A stretch of DNA of 53,809 nucleotides. Origin: Alphaproteobacteria bacterium. Its GTDB lineage: Bacteria > Pseudomonadota > Alphaproteobacteria > Sphingomonadales > SMXR01. Location: the NCBI GenBank assembly GCA_030634465.1, contig DAOWAS010000002.1:1-53809 (forward strand). Reading direction: 5' to 3'. The stretch's first letter is position 1, and the number at the start of each line of letters is the position of its first letter. A program made the position numbers and the translations under genes. The notes under the pieces were generated by a model. That model made no database searches. It had not been told where the DNA came from and saw only the letters and a list, made by a program, of their open reading frames with translations. Shown here in pieces: positions 52,689-53,809 of the stretch.

Positions 52689-53453
52689 TTACTTAACAGG
52701 TGTGGCATAGCCCATATAATTCACAGACAAATCGTCGCTAGCCTTCCACGTATCGTTTAGGGCTTGGTAGCTCATACCTGTCAGATTTTGCATGGCAAAG
52801 CCGCCGTGTGCCAAGTGTTTAGTTAACTCAGATGGTTTGAAAAACTTGTCCCAAGTGTGTGTACCCTTGGGCAACCAGCCCAAAATATATTCCGCCCCAA
52901 CAATGGCAAAAAGAAATGACTTTGGGGTGCGGTTTAGGGTGGATATCAGCATGATACCATTGTCTTTCAATAGGGCGCGGCACGCTGTTAAAAAGCTATC
53001 AACATCGCTTACATGCTCTATCACTTCCATGTTTATTATAATATCAAACTTCTCATTAGCCTCAGCCAACTGTTCCGCAGTTGTGTGTCTATAATCGATA
53101 TCCAAACCGCTTTTTTCGGCATGGGCACTTGCTACATGAATGTTCTTTTCTGTGGCGTCAGCACCTATCACATCAGCACCAAAATTTGCCATTGGCTCGC
53201 ACAGCAAACCACCACCACAACCAATGTCTAAAACCCGCAGGCCTTTAAATGGTTTGTCTGTATCGGGCTTAATATCAAAATGGTTGCAAATGGTGTTTTT
53301 AATATAATTTATTCGAACGGGGCCTAGTGAGTGCAGTGGCTTAAACTGACCATTTGGATCCCACCAACTTTCGGCAATGGCAGCAAAGCGTTCAATTTCA
53401 GCGGCATCTACTGATGCCGAGGTGTCAGGCTTGGCTGCTGGTTGTTTGTTCAT
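52689..53453 (-). CDS. ubiG: Ubiquinone biosynthesis O-methyltransferase UbiG
   Basis: FAAIAESWWDPNGQFKPLH..NPVR, SAM motif VLDIGCGGGLL, and EVIEHV. 254 aa. Confidence 0.9.
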   Translation of the reverse strand: MNKQPAAKPDTSASVDAAEIERFAAIAESWWDPNGQFKPLHSLGPVRINYIKNTICNHFDIKPDTDKPFKGLRVLDIGCGGGLLCEPMANFGADVIGADATEKNIHVASAHAEKSGLDIDYRHTTAEQLAEANEKFDIIINMEVIEHVSDVDSFLTACRALLKDNGIMLISTLNRTPKSFLFAIVGAEYILGWLPKGTHTWDKFFKPSELTKHLAHGGFAMQNLTGMSYQALNDTWKASDDLSVNYMGYATPVK

Positions 53454-53578
53454 GGTTTTATTTCTGCCTAAATTGTCATATAAATTCAGTTGTTATTTAC
53501 CTTCTAGTGCTTATTTATAAGCCTGATGGTTAAGAGTGCAACTTAAGAATAATAAAACCACAAAGGTCTGTGTGCTAC

Positions 53579-53809
53579 ATGGGGATAATTGTAAAAAAGT
53601 TTGGCGGCACTTCATTGGGCGATGTTTCACGCCTGAAAAGTGTGGCTGGGCGAATTCAGGATCACCATAAAAAAGGCCACTCTATGGTTATTGTAGTTTC
53701 AGCCATGGGCAGTCTTACAGACACGCTGGTGGCTGAATACCAAAAAATTTCGCTTCATTCAGGAGCCGAGTTCGATGCCGTGGCATCGGCGGGTGAGCAA
53801 ATATCAGCA
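53579..53809 (+). CDS. lysC: Aspartate kinase, N-terminal fragment (runs off the right edge; absent from the ORF track)
   Basis: ATG 53579 opens MGIIVKKFGGTSLGDVSRLKSVAGRI....GHSMVIVVSAMGSLTDTLV. The frame stays open to the last base of the window. Confidence 0.85.
   Translation, partial: MGIIVKKFGGTSLGDVSRLKSVAGRIQDHHKKGHSMVIVVSAMGSLTDTLVAEYQKISLHSGAEFDAVASAGEQISA

Overview
This is a 53.8-kb chromosomal segment whose gene content and local synteny look alphaproteobacterial: rpoH, carD/cdnL, fdxA, cobS-cobT-bolA, xerD, accA, nrdAB, secA-mutT, comF-grxC, and ubiG divergent from aspartate kinase. It is compact, with about 47 protein genes and one tRNA-Arg(CCT). I saw no rRNA, CRISPR array, transposase, integrase (other than xerD) or phage genes. 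Most of the window is ordinary housekeeping DNA. The outlier is nt ~7,600-22,550. It encodes a hybrid sensor kinase with a periplasmic solute-binding-protein domain (HK-REC-Hpt), a divergent OmpR-type regulator, a TpsB outer-membrane transporter, an 8.26-kb TpsA exoprotein and a co-oriented IalB-family gene. In the TpsA, a canonical TPS secretion domain is followed by 18 FG-GAP-type blades (organised 3 x 6), six MBG-type repeats and a cadherin/Ig-like tail. A Pho-box-like direct repeat (CTGTTAG-N4-CTGTTAG) sits upstream of both the regulator gene and tpsB. The whole block lies on the 3' side of tRNA-Arg(CCT). It is bracketed by three copies of a ~110-nt structured repeat, each ending in a look-alike of the tRNA 3' end (GATCACCA). 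Smaller signals are: four DnaA boxes phased at exactly 22 bp plus candidate NrdR boxes upstream of nrdAB; an OxyR-type operator between rubrerythrin and oxyR; a 3 x 21-bp tandem hairpin repeat; an xerD with no canonical start codon; and an unlisted 46-codon membrane ORF. All family assignments come from recognising motifs by eye. No database search, folding or statistics were run.
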